A stretch of DNA of 63,349 bases, filler included, from Octopus bimaculoides (lineage: Eukaryota), in NCBI RefSeq assembly GCF_001194135.2. It is 5 parts of 5 records of this genome, joined end to end, with 100 filler letters (N's around TTAATTAATTAA, not from the genome) between each part and the next. Parts side by side here need not be neighbours in the genome. Positions count along the whole stretch, not along the records: positions 36,208 to 41,447 come from NC_068997.1; positions 41,548 to 58,431 come from NC_068991.1; 3 more parts are not named here. One strand, given 5' to 3'. Below are positions 38,150-50,290 of the stretch, piece by piece; the first letter of the stretch is position 1, and each line of letters starts with the position of its first letter. Below the pieces are notes generated by a model, which was given only the letters and a program-made list of their open reading frames with translations, made no database searches and had not been told where the DNA came from. Made by a program: the position numbers and the translations under genes.

Positions 38150-38900
38150 TGTCTGTTGGTGGGTGATGATGATGTCCGCTGTGTCTTCATTGATTAGTCT
38201 CCTGCCTTACTATTGGTGTTCTGCATGTTGTGGGCTTCTACGAGTTTGTTTGCCTTTTCTAGTCGGTTGGGAGTAACTGCTACCCTGAATAATGTCATGA
38301 CAAAGCTTAGGATACTCAAAATAGCAGTTTGTCCCTATCTTTCCATGCGTGCAGACACATTTTACGTAGACCCTGCCAGTATTTTAGGTGCTGTTTTTTG
38401 TTTCCCTTTTGATTTTGTTTTTGGTTTTAGCATTTGTATTTTCATTTTCTTTGTCTTTACTCTTGTTTTCAGTCCTGTGTCTATTGTTTTGCTTATTGGC
38501 CCCTCTTTTAGGCAATCTTTCTATCTTGTTCTTTATGGCAGCGGTAGCTTCAATTCGGTAAATACTATTTGCTTACTGCTGCTTTGAAAAATGGTGTTGG
38601 GATCTGCTGGGTTACATGTGCCTTCTTAGTATCATCTTCAATACACTACTTTCTCCGTTATGTTTCTTGATGGATCCTATGAGACGGCTTCATCTTTATA
38701 CTTCAGATTGATTCATATAGCGTTTCATAAGATATTGATATTAGAAGCCATAGCTGTTTATCGCTACTGCAATGAACTTGTTGGATGGGGCAGCATCAGC
38801 CAATTCCCAAGCTCATAAAAACAAATGAATTTCATTTGTCGACCATGTTTTGTTTCATACTAAATATTTTCTATTCTTGATTTCTTATTTAATAATGTCG
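38150..38900 (-). mobile_element. Possible CR1/L2-group LINE ORF1 remnant with CCCH-like fingers
   Basis: VCTHGKIGTNCYFEYPKLCHDIIQG on - strand; frame broken; weak. Confidence 0.3.
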
Positions 38901-38954
38901 GCTTTGGTGGTACACCATAGTCTACGGATATGTTTTCCAGAAAACTCAAAGATA

Positions 38955-39600
38955 ACAACTAGATTATGGCTGGGAGATATCAGTTAACTCAAAATAGCCG
39001 CCCTCACCTTCCATCATGCTCCAAGTGGGCTCCGGAACATGGCGCATGTGTTCCTCACTGTGTCCCTGGAAAGATCTTACAATATCTCCTTGATCTTGGT
39101 CATCGACCTGGCCTTCGTGTTGCAGGCAGAGTGGTTGGTGTCATTCTCAACCGCACCTCACACTTAGTAAACCATGGGATTACAATCAGGGTAATTAAAA
39201 GACCAGAAATCGGGGCTGGTGAAGCCGTAGAAATTTCCTGACACCCACTTCTGACTTATTCCGGAGGTATGGCAAGGAGCCGAATACTTCTGCGAGACAT
39301 ATGGCCTTCCAGCAGCAACTCTCTCCAGCTAGAATTTGACCAGAGTCATCAGCAGCTTCACGTAGTCATCTGAATTGAGCCTAAGACCCTGTTCAAACAT
39401 GTGGGGATGAATGTCAGCGTGTGGTCGCAGTCCGAACGCCTGTGTTCCTTCTTGATGGTCACGGCTTCCACGTCTTGTAGCCTTTGCAGTTTTCATAGAT
39501 CATTGAGCAGTAGTCATGATATCGGCGTTTTGGTACCTGGCGTGAATCATCATGATCTAGGTAACTGGTTTCCATTATTCAGATGGCTTCCAATTCTCCA
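38955..39600 (-). mobile_element. Tc1/mariner (maT/DD37D-like) transposase remnant
   Basis: PHMFEQGLRLNSDDYVKLL, RPYVSQKYSAPCHTS, FW..NYPDCNPMVY.V.GAVENDTN; many stops. Confidence 0.75.
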
Positions 39601-39987
39601 TGTCAGCTAACCTTTTATCAACTACAACTTTAATCTTTATGCTCTCCATTAAATCCATATACTATCAAAACTCTGTGATTGCTTGCTTGTGTTCGTGCTT
39701 GTCTGTAATTTAATACAGCCAAACCGGCGCATAATGGAAAATTACTCTGAAAGTTAGTCACCCCTGAAATGTGAATACAAACAGAATAAAACAAGTTTCG
39801 CGTAAATCGGATCACAGATTCGCGAGATACGCGCTTTTTTGGTGTGGGGGTGGGGGTGGGTGAGTGGGAGTACCTTCACAAATAGCCAAAACGGCGCATA
39901 ATGGGAAAATACTCTAAAAGTAACATAACCCTGAAATGGGAATATATAATACTGTGAAAACTGTTTCCATTATATAACAATATATAC

Positions 39988-40029
<42 letters not shown>

Positions 40030-40032
<3 letters not shown>

Positions 40033-40200
40033 TTACCCACTACACATTCTTTATTTTCTCTCTTTGTTTCTTTCTGTGGAAGAGCGTAGGGTCGAAACGT
40101 TAAAGACTTTTTCATTCCCCCAGCGTTAAATTAATACATCTGTTTGTTGTCTACACCACCTGTCTTCGTCTTTTGTTTTTTCTTTTTGAATTCTCCCTAT
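40030..40200 (+). mobile_element. Penelope-like pLTR-type repeat containing a degenerate hammerhead-like motif (40069-40106)
   Basis: TCTTT-CTGTGGA-AGAGC-GTAG-GGTC-GAAA-CGTT-AAAGA topology; core deviates from CUGANGA; flanked by microsatellites. Confidence 0.5.
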
Positions 40201-41547
40201 ATATANNNNNNNNNNNNNNNNNNNNNNNNNNNNNNNNNNNNNNNNNNNNNNNNNNNNNNNNNNNNNNNNNNNNNNNNNNNNNNNNNNNNGTGTTGAAACT
40301 GATATAGTCGTCGATATAACCAAATATATCCCATACGCCTGTCTACCTACGAGAAAACGTGAAAATAAAAATCATCAGTGTGTCTGGCGAAGAATGCACA
40401 AGTGATGTAAATCAAGTTTGTTTAGGCTCGTATTCTTACTTATATCTAATCTATTCCCATTTGTGATGGCGTGGCTTTCGACACAAACACTAACACAGAT
40501 GTAGACACACTCAGAGGCGCGCGCGCACACACACATACACACACAAACACACTTTCGCACATAATACACACATGCACTCACACAGTATGCATGCCTGTAT
40601 ATAAATACATTCTATAAAAAATGTGTCTCTCATGTTGTATTTCTATAATCACGTGTGTGTTTACATGCATGCACAATTACATTAAAAGTATTGCTTAAAA
40701 CAAAAGCGGAGAATTATTACTGAAAACATACTTAAATTATTAAATTTATTTGGTTGATCCCCTTTACGTCACCTTCTGAGTTTTCATCTCCTGCTGTGCA
40801 TTTCGTGAGACGTTTATATATGTGGGCTTAAAAAACATTGAAGTGAAATTAAAAAGGGCGTCTCAGTACTTTCGCCTCATTGGCTAATGCATGTCACGTG
40901 TGTCTTGCACATATTTTTAAATATATCATATTAAGATAGGACAACATAACATAAAGATAACGTAGATAATTTACGATTACTATTTAAATAGAGAATTCAA
41001 AAGAAGTAATTGAGGTTGAAAATCGAAATTATTTTTTAATAATTTCGAAAGTAATTTAGTTATTTCAAGGGAAGTAACTGGGGTTAAAAAATTTAAATTA
41101 TTGAAGGGAATTATTTTAAAGAGATGTAACTTAAATATTACCATGTACAGTGGTAGTGAATTTAAATTAATATTGACATGATCAAAATGGAGTAAATTAA
41201 AAGGGAGATAACTTAAATATTACCGTTATTTCTACACCATCTATTGTCATATTGCCTTTCTGCAACCACAGCAATTCTTCATGTACATCCACATATCTCT
41301 TTCGGGAGGGACAACAAACTATGTGACCTGGTCAGGAGTTCCTATGTCCAATAAGCATACCCAATTTTGAACCTCCATTTGCTCACTCTTTCTCCGATGA
41401 AATTTTAATTCTGTAGTTTGTTATAGTCTGATATATATATATATATANNNNNNNNNNNNNNNNNNNNNNNNNNNNNNNNNNNNNNNNNNNNTTAATTAAT
41501 TAANNNNNNNNNNNNNNNNNNNNNNNNNNNNNNNNNNNNNNNNNNNN

Positions 41548-42310
41548 CACTACATTCTTGGTCCTTGCATTCGCACTTAAAAACTTAATTCTATTAGGAT
41601 TTAATTCTGAGATGCTAATCTTATTATTGTTACAGATATTTTTATGATTCCTAATATTGTACATACTACCTATATTAATATCTAAATGACTATAGCCATC
41701 ATTTGTGAGCGTTAAATTATTGGAGTAATTATTATTGTTACAAGTATGAACATTACTAATATTATGATCATATCTAGGATGGCCGTCTAGAGAAGAATCT
41801 AAAAATCTGAGATTATGGGAAGATATAATCTGTAACAAATTTTTAGTATTCGAAAACCCAAATCTAACCTTATGCGAGTTGATTATTGGGTAATAGTGGG
41901 AACCTTTAGGGAAGTTCCTACTCACCACGTCCCGGAACTGTCGGACCAAATTTGATTTAACCTGCTTCCCAAACGGGAGGATGAGCCAGATATTATTATT
42001 ATCAACAGATCTAGATACAGTATTAGTGTGGTTAAATAAACAAAGATTTTTGAATTTGTTAAAATGTTTAGGGCCAGTTGGGACACCTCTCTTATGTGAG
42101 TGATAAGGATGACCCACTTTCTCAGTAAAGTGAGAAGAATGGGAAGGAATAGAAATGGGTTCATCTACGCTAGTAAAGGGGGTATCATGTTGTGTAAAAG
42201 GAGAAAGATCACTAGAAGAGTTGATGTACCTTACCCTGTCCTTATAATATTATTGATCCCTTTATATCTCTATGTAAACAAGCGTTCTAACTGTCGCTTG
42301 ACCATGTAAC
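41548..42310 (-). mobile_element. Penelope-like element ORF fragment (RT thumb/linker region)
   Basis: NIWLILPFGKQVKSNLVRQFRDVVSRNFPKGSHYYPIINSHKVRFGFSNTKNLLQIISSHN matches the PLE IWFNPPF..VKTN...HFP...N...K.SYS.M.N...IISSHN linker. Confidence 0.85.
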
Positions 42311-42362
42311 ATCTTAGCTCGTAAGTTACCTCATCATTTCGCATTTGTCTTGCTTTTATATG

Positions 42363-42457
42363 TTGATTCCCTGAAGATGAATATATGTGGAATTCCAGCA
42401 GCTCTTACTTCTTTGTAGAAGAGCTCACATATATTTTGAAACATGTGTAGGAATTAA
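42363..42457 (+). ncRNA. Putative minimal type-I hammerhead ribozyme (Penelope-like pLTR)
   Basis: TTGATTCC-CTGAAGA-[stem II AATATATGTG/CACATATATT]-GAAA-C-ATGT-GTA-GGAATTAA: both core boxes, 8-bp stem I, GUA triplet; adjacent to a Penelope-like ORF. Confidence 0.7.
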
Positions 42458-43098
42458 AGGAACTTTTATTTATATGCGTTTTGCTCCATTTATTGTTATT
42501 ATTCATATATATATNNNNNNNNNNNNNNNNNNNNNNNNNNNNNNNNNNNNNNNNNNNNNNNNNNNNNNNNNNNNNNNNNNNNNNNNNNNNNNNNNNNNNN
42601 NNNNNNNNNNNNNNNNNNNNNNNNNNNNNNNNNNNNNNNNNNNNNNNNNNNNNNNNNNNNNNNNNNNNNNNNNNNNNNNNNNNNNNNNNNNNNNNNNNNN
42701 NNNNNNNNNNNNNNNNNNNNNNNNNNNNNNNNNNNNNNNNNNNNNNNNNNNNNNNNNNNNNNNNNNNNNNNNNNNNNNNNNNNNNNNNNNNNNNNNNNNN
42801 NNNNNNNNNNNNNNNNNNNNNNNNNNNNNNNNNNNNNNNNNNNNNNNNNNNNNNNNNNNNNNNNNNNNNNNNNNNNNNNNNNNNNNNNNNNNNNNNNNNN
42901 NNNNNNNNNNNNNNNNNNNNNNNNNNNNNNNNNNNNNNNNNNNNNNNNNNNNNNNNNNNNNNNNNNNNNNNNNNNNNNNNNNNNNNNNNNNNNNNNNNNN
43001 NNNNNNNNNNNNNNNNNNNNNNNNNNNNNNNNNNNNNNNNNNNNNNNNNNNNNNNNNNNNNNNNNNNNNNNNNNNNNNNNNNNNNNNNNNNNNNNNNN

Positions 43099-43144
<46 letters not shown>

Positions 43145-43689
43145 GAGTATACAATCTGAAATGATCTTGGTTCTGGAAGTTTTATTAAGCATCAAGCATG
43201 TACATGGCTTATACAGATGATAAAAAGTGGATTGTATACGATCAACAAAGTTTACTAACATGCATATGTCATAGGCTTCATCCCATACTGAAACAAAAGG
43301 AGATTTCAATAAGATGACTGCCAGTATATAGCTCAAAGTTTGGCAAGAAAAATTATGAATTTTGCAAATATAAATCAAAGAGTGTAAGGAATAGTAAAGG
43401 TAAATCAAGATTACATGTTTGCATCATCACAATAGGAAGAATGAATGATTCACTAATTTAGTCACAGTAAAATGGTAGGTGGAACTAGCCTGGTCAAATG
43501 ACCAATGAAATTTATTCTCAGCAAGCAAGCATTTGAGGGGGAAAGGAAATGGGCTTACAGATATCAATTAAATGAGGAATAGGAGAAGGGGAGCAGAGAG
43601 AGCAAAAGAGAACTATGGAGATAAGAAATCTCAAAAACAATGCAATAAAACAAATACTCAGGCATCAAAGAAATAATGAAAGACATAGA

Positions 43690-43985
43690 AGAGTCAGCTG
43701 AAAATTTCATTGGTTGACTAAGATACTTTTGTGGAATGTGACCAAATGACCTTTATTTTTCAACATAGTCCTTCTTGCATTCCACACCCTTTCTCCATTT
43801 GTGTTGCAGCGCTTGGATCCCATTGGCGAAGAAGCTTTCATCCTGTTGCTCAAAAAAGTCAACAGCAACAGATATGACATCATCATCACAGCAATATTGG
43901 TTCCCAGCCATGTGTTTTTTCATGTTAGGGAACAAATGATAGTCAGATGGGGCCATATCAGGAGAACAGGGACAGTTCTCTATGT
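43690..43985 (-). mobile_element. Mariner 3' end (same family as 33478-34592)
   Basis: SPDMAPSDYHLFPNMKKHMAG...GIQALQHKWRK...DYVEK; nucleotide similarity to 33480-33780. Confidence 0.88.
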
Positions 43986-44219
43986 CTTCCCTGTTTGTTC
44001 CCCTTTGGTAGGCAACCCATGCTAGCATGGAAAGCGGACGTTAAACGATGATGAGAGCATAGTTTGTCAGTTCCTGTTACAGTTGAGGATAGATGGAAGT
44101 AGAGAGTACAATCTGCATTCAGGTGCCACTTTCAACTCTCTCTTTGATCGATCTGATCAATTTTCAAGGTGCTGCTAGTGCAAAATTCTTGTGGTCAACA
44201 TTGGAGGTCTACTCAATCC

Positions 44220-44850
44220 AGATGAACTTAGCACTCAGAGTAGAAGCTGATGTCTGTAGGGGACTGAGATGCCACTGTAATAAGCTCCTCGACCCCACAG
44301 GTCTTCTCAGTCTATCTTACCACCTAAATACTAGTTGCTTCACTTGTCACACTGAGCCAAACCTAATCATTAAGCAGGCCCTGGCTCGGCTTAATATCTC
44401 CTCAGTTCTGGAGCCGACAGGGTTATCCAGAAGTGATGGAAGGAGACCAGATGGTCCTACCCTCTGTCCCTGGGTTAGAGGTAGGTGTCTCATTTGGGAT
44501 TCCACAGTCTGTGGTTCTTTTGCTCCCTCCCACATCTTGAATGCTGCAGTAAATGGGAGGGTCACTACTTCCATAGCCGAACAGAACAAAACCCTGAAGT
44601 ATCGGGACCTGATAGTGAACTATCTCTTCCAGCCTGTGACATTCGAGATGTTCAGAAGGACTGGTCCACTAACCATGAAGTTCTTGTTGTCATTGGCAGC
44701 TTACCTCACCGAGGTGTCAGGTGTCAGGTGATGCCCATGAGGGTGCTTAGCTTTTCTGACATTTTAGCCTTGCCATCACCCATGGTAATGCTGCGAGTGT
44801 GCTGGCTTGCTTCTTTAGGTTCCATTGAACCTTGCAGTGTGTGACCAGTT
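44220..44850 (+). mobile_element. CRE-like non-LTR retrotransposon C-terminal restriction-like endonuclease domain
   Basis: C..C...D..G...LS...H..LN.IIKQAL, SVLEPTGLSRSDGRRPDGPTLCPWVRGRCLIWDSTV, KTLKY...YLFQPVTFE. Confidence 0.85.
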
Positions 44851-45099
44851 GAAGCGCTTGGTGCTGCACTGCTGGTTTTTGGGGTTTTTTTTTCTTTCTT
44901 TCCAACAAATGGTTTCAATATAGTTTTAGCAGAAAGATTTGGAAGAATTAGAGGAAAGTTCTTTTATAATTTTCTTTCATGTAAATAAATGTTCATGTCA
45001 AATTAGGAAAAAAAAAACTTCTACCATACTAGTGATAATAAAGTCTTTTAAGACATGAATTGCCAAAACAAAAAGATGATAATAATAATAGTAATGGTT

Positions 45100-45560
45100 T
45101 CAAATTTTGCCACAAGGGTAGCCATTTTGAGGGAGGGGATGTGTCAATTGCATCGACCTCAGTATTTCACTGGTACTTAATTTATCAACCCCAAAAGGAT
45201 GAAAGAAAAAGTAGACCTTGGCAAAATTTGAACTCAGAACATAGTGATGGGCAAAATACCACTAAGCATTTTGTCCAGCGTGCTAATGATTCGGTCAGCT
45301 CACCACCTAAATAATAATAATAATAATAATATTAATAATAATAATGATTTCAAATTTGTCCACAAGGATGGCCATTCTGGGGGAGGGGATAAGTCAATTA
45401 CATCAACCTTCCAGTGTTTCACTGGTATTTAGTTTAGCGACACTGAAAGGATGAAAGGCAACATCAACCTTGGCGGAGTTTGAACTCAGAATGTAGCAGC
45501 AGACGAAATACCACTAAACATTTCACTTGGCATGTTAATGATTCTGCCAGCTCGCTGCTG
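45100..45560 (-). mobile_element. Two tandem SINE family A copies (45100-45308, 45345-45560) with (AAT)n between
   Basis: Both show aatttgaactcagaa and gattc.g.cagctc heads on the - strand. Confidence 0.85.
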
Positions 45561-45830
45561 TAATAAAAATAATATTAAGATATTTTGAAATGTATGCATG
45601 TAAGATTTCACAGCTGTAACATCACCCCTTCATAGTCAGCCTATGAACTTTTTGGTCCACCATTGTGCAGATCATAAACAAATACTAGAAAATATGCGAT
45701 TAGACATGACAGTTAAGAGAATTAATTTAAAGTGATATGCATATAAATACCATAAATATTGATTGTTAAATTTTAGCCAAAGGGCAGCAATTTTGGGGCA
45801 GGGGTTAAGTCAATGACATCAATCCCCCAA

Positions 45831-47274
45831 GGTTAATGTTTACAATATCACCCAGAAACAAAATTTTTAAAAAATAGTGCAATGGGTGTAAAAAAATGTG
45901 TAGGAAACGAATATGAAAACAAAAATGTGTAGAAAGCAACGGAGAGTGGGGTGAGGACTTCGGACTTCGGAAAATTCACAAGATCCAAGATTTTCCCTCA
46001 TAACCTTTAGTAAAATGGACTTTTTTAGATGAAATTTTATATAATTACCTTTCAAATAGCATAAATTATGATTATAAAGAAATTTGTGGGTAAGATCTGG
46101 GGAGAGGACTTCAGAAAATTCACAAAATCCATTGTTTTTCCCTCATAACTGTTAGGGGAATGGCTTCTTCTTTTTTAATGGGGAGAGGACTTTTAGAAAA
46201 TTTACAAAATCTGATTTTTTTCCCTCATAACATTAAGGAAAATGGATATCTTTTACTTCAGAAAAAAAGTAGAGTTGGGGGAGAAACCAGAATTATTGGA
46301 AAATGTTTTTCTTTTTCTCAGTGAATGAATTATGCTAATCCAATATGCCACAATCCAGTGATTTTTAAGAAGTACGTAAAAGATATTTTGTTTTAATATT
46401 ATATCTTTACTTGTTTCACACACACAAACACTAACGTGGTTTTTATAAGGATTTTGTATCATTCCTTCTCTCTCCTGTGCAGACTTCGTTACCACTAATT
46501 TTTATAACTTCGGCATTTCCACTTATTATTCTTTTCAAACTTGTTAGAATTTTCGGTGTAATGTAATCCACACTCTAGAAAACTTATTTCTGCAAAATGT
46601 TATCTTAAAATATGGGTAAAGAAAGGGGGCTAATGCAGTTTCGCACCTCACCTTCAAAAACGCTTTTTTTTTTGTAAAAGTTTCTTTGGGTTCCTAGTTA
46701 TGGTAAAGGTGCACTTGTAAAAATTCAAAGAAATTTTAAAGAAACAGCCCCCATTTTCCGGACAAACAATGTGTTTTGTGGTCACTGTAATTCATTCATC
46801 GAAAAAAAGAAAAACATTTTCCAATAATTCTGGTACCCCACTTTTTCCGAACAAAAATAAGGCGTTTATGGCACATTAGGCATCCGTAATGCATGTTGNN
46901 NNNNNNNNNNNNNNNNNNNNNNNNNNNNNNNNNNNNNNNNNNNNNNNNNNNNNNNNNNNNNNNNNNNNNNNNNNNNNNNNNNNNNNNNNNNNNNNNNNNN
47001 NNNNNNNNNNNNNNNNNNNNNNNNNNNNNNNNNNNNNNNNNNNNNNNNNNNNNNNNNNNNNNNNNNNNNNNNNNNNNNNNTATATAAAATTTCATTAAAA
47101 ATAAAAAATATTTTCTTAAAAGTTATAAGGAAATTGTGAATTTTCCGAAGTCCTCTCCCCACCCCACTGCTGCTTTCCGCGCATTTTTGTTTGCATATTA
47201 GTTTCCTACACATTTTTTTTTTACACCCGTTGCACTATTTTTTTTTTTTACGGGTAATATTGTAAACATTAACC
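45831..47274. mobile_element. Foldback / long-TIR non-autonomous DNA element
   Basis: Ends ggttaatgtttacaat / attgtaaacattaacc; ~200-bp outer arms (45831-46042 vs 47081-47274) and inner arms (46263-46330 vs 46789-46850) are reverse-complementary; subterminal direct repeats. Confidence 0.8.
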
Positions 47275-47420
47275 GATCCCAGTGCTCAATGGGTACTTAT
47301 TTTATCGACCCCGAAAGGATAAAAGACGAAGTCCACCTCGATAGAAGTTGAACTCAGAACGTAAAGACGAAATACTGCGAAGCAATTTGCCCGGCGTGCT
47401 AACGATTATGCCAGCTCGTC
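47275..47420 (-). mobile_element. SINE family A, 5' two-thirds (3' part at 45765-45830)
   Basis: gtacttattttatcgaccccgaaagg...ttgaactcagaacgtaaagacg...gctaacgattatgccagctc. Confidence 0.85.
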
Positions 47421-48744
47421 GATTTAAATGCCGTAACTATTAATACGTATGAAATTGTTGCATGAAGAAAAAATATATATATATAAATAAGCGAAAACCA
47501 ATAAAAAGGTAGGCACATGCAAATATAGAAAAAAAAAAAACACTCGCACAAATGTAAAAAAAAAAGGACAAACCTAAACAAACACATAAATAAGATGTTA
47601 TTAATAGGCCACCAACACCACCACCACTACCATCATCATCATCATTTTTCCATGCCGACATCATCATCATCTTTTTCCATACCGACATGAATTGGATGGA
47701 TCACCACGATCCGAGTCAAGTATTATTGGGAGTTCCTAAAGACTAATGCTCTAGCGCGTCATTTGGCTTGGTTTCTAATTTAGAAAAAGTACTAAAACTC
47801 AGACATGTATATAGACACACAAACGTTCATAAAAAACGTAAAACTACGAAAAAGTTCATCGCCAAATTTGAGTGTACGTGTGTGAAACAAATACGAAATT
47901 TTAATCCCTTAAGTGTGTGAATTAAGCTGTTAAATATTGAAACTACAACTTTAAGAGTGATGTCCCTTGTGTATAAATAGTTGAAACAGAGTGACCTTTT
48001 CCTGAGTGCTGCTCTAAATCCTCGCTGTTCCCAAATTTTTGTTATTCCAAAATTTTGTCATACGCAAGCAAAAAATTGTTTTAAAGAATCGATTTTAATT
48101 TGGATATGTTTGGTTTCAAGTATATATATACATATATATCTGCAGGATTAATAATGAAAATAAACAATCCTAAATAAATACAAAAATAGATTTGGGTAAC
48201 TTAAGTAAGGGGAACAATTATGTAAATATTTTTTAATATTTCATTGTTATATTTTTATTAAAAGATTTAACCTTTTTAATAGCAACACTTTTGTTTTAAC
48301 TTTCATGACGAAATTGTTAAAGTAACTTCAAAAGACCTATAGGTAATAATCATACTACCACACTTCTACAAACGTATTAAAATTGGTTGTATTGTAAGCA
48401 ATCATATTAGGAAGGATTACCAGAAAAATAAACCAACCACTAAACAACAATAGCAACAATAAAAATAATGGTAATGATGTCTTTTATTAGCCACAGGACA
48501 TAGATGAAGGGGGCATCATAAGGACAGTCTACAATTTGTATGAAGGTTTACGTAAAAGACGAGGGTAAAGAATGGGAAAATACAGTGAAATGAGATAAAA
48601 GTTTACTGCATCATTCTTGTCATCAATACATGATGACGAGGATGATGCACTACACCTGATACAGGAGAAACTCCAACTAGGGCCAGTCAGGGAATCCTGC
48701 AGATTCAGTTAACCTTCTCACTAAAGGCACGAGTCCTCACCCAA

Positions 48745-49912
48745 CTGAAATGCCACTCACTACAAGAGGTCAAGTACTAGTTTCAAAAACAATACCAGTT
48801 GAGTTAAAGCAAGTATTAAACCAAGTTGTTGAAATGGTTAATTATATTAAAAGTAGGCCGTTGAAGTGTCACTTATTTGAACAAATTTGTGTTGATATGG
48901 ATTCCCAGCACAAGTGCTTACTTTTATACACAAAAGTCAGATGACTCTCAAAAGGTAAGATGCATACATGAACTCCAGAAGGAATTTCATGCATTTTTTA
49001 AAGAAGAAAAACATGACTGCTTCTTGGAAAATCTACAATGTGAATTTTGGGTTTCCAAGCTAGAATATTTAACAGAGATATTTGCACAACTTAATAGTGT
49101 CAACGCAAGTATCCAAGATAGAAATGAAAACATTCTCACTTCAACAGATAATCTGGTTTCATTTAAAAAGAAAATTGTAATTTGGAAAAATAGAGCTGAA
49201 GGTGGTAACTTTGAAATGTTTCCTTTAATACATAAAAGCTGCATAAAAGAAATTACTCCAATTGTATTTGAACATTTGACAAATCTGGAAGAAAAAATAA
49301 ACTTTTATTTTCCATCATTGTGTTTGAAATCCCTTCATAAAAATTCCATCAAATATTGGTCTGAAAATATGTGAAGTAGAGGAATTGGCATCTATATCCA
49401 ATGATTTTGAACTTAAAATCATGTAGGCTGAGTTAGCTATTGATACATTTTGGATTGCTATTATAGAAGAATACCATTCAGTAGCAAAAAAAGGCTTTAT
49501 CCATTCTGATGCAGTTTTCCATATTGTATTTATGTGAGTTGAGATTTTCAACCCTCAATAAAATAAAATCCCCCCACCCCCCAAAAAAATAATAATAAGA
49601 GAGGTTTCATTGCATCGAAGAAGAAATGAGGGCCTGTCTTTCTCAAATATGTCCTAATATTGAAAATGTTTCTAAAAAACATCAAGTGCATGTTTCTCAT
49701 TGATAACTTTTCTTCATATATTGAATAAAGAGTAAGTACATGCAATTTTTCTGTATTTTTAATTATCTATATATATTACTTTATGGTTTATGCTATGCTA
49801 ATATGTATAAAATCCTTTTTGAATAAATTTTGAAATTTATGTACAAAGTACACCAAAATATTTTGACTTCTTGTAAGGTGCACCGTGCATAAGAAAAGTT
49901 TGGGAACCACTG
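48745..49912 (+). mobile_element. hAT (Charlie/Buster-like) transposon, 3' half with right TIR
   Basis: VNYIKSRPLKCHLFEQIC, LLLYTKVR.LSKG, LEYLTEIFAQLNSVNASIQ, hATC-type EYHSVAKK...LYLCE.RFS; ends aaaagtttgggaaccactg followed by ccctagag. Confidence 0.9.
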
Positions 49913-49949
49913 CCCTAGAGAAAAGATGCATGGGAAATGCAGTGATGTA

Positions 49950-50290
49950 CAAATAGAAGATCCTAGAAGGTCTAGCTTCCAACTTTGGAACTGCAAGCTA
50001 TACCAACCACCAAAGTGGATGACACTGCCTAGTACTAAAGATCTCATCTTTTCCATCTTGGAGCCAGTACTGTTATAACTTAGGTTTCAAGGGCCCACAC
50101 TTTTTCAACATTCTGCTAAACAACCTCAGATTTGTGAGATGTAGATGTGGAAGTTTTTAAAAAGTGCTTGAACAAATTTTTAGCTGAGATATCAGATGAG
50201 TCTACATTGTGGAGGAGACACAAAGAAGAGCAGCTTCATCCAACTCACTACTTCAACAGAAACAATATTACACTAAAGGCAGTACCTCAG
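49950..50290 (+). mobile_element. CR1/L2-group LINE 3' fragment
   Basis: KILEGLASNFG, FKGPHFFNIL, EVFKKCLNKFLAEISDE across broken frames. Confidence 0.65.

Noticed and set aside
48019-48040. ctcgctgttcccaaattttt as the left TIR of the hAT element
   Set aside because: Only partial match, flanking 8 bp do not match ccctagag, and no 5' transposase sequence between it and 48745
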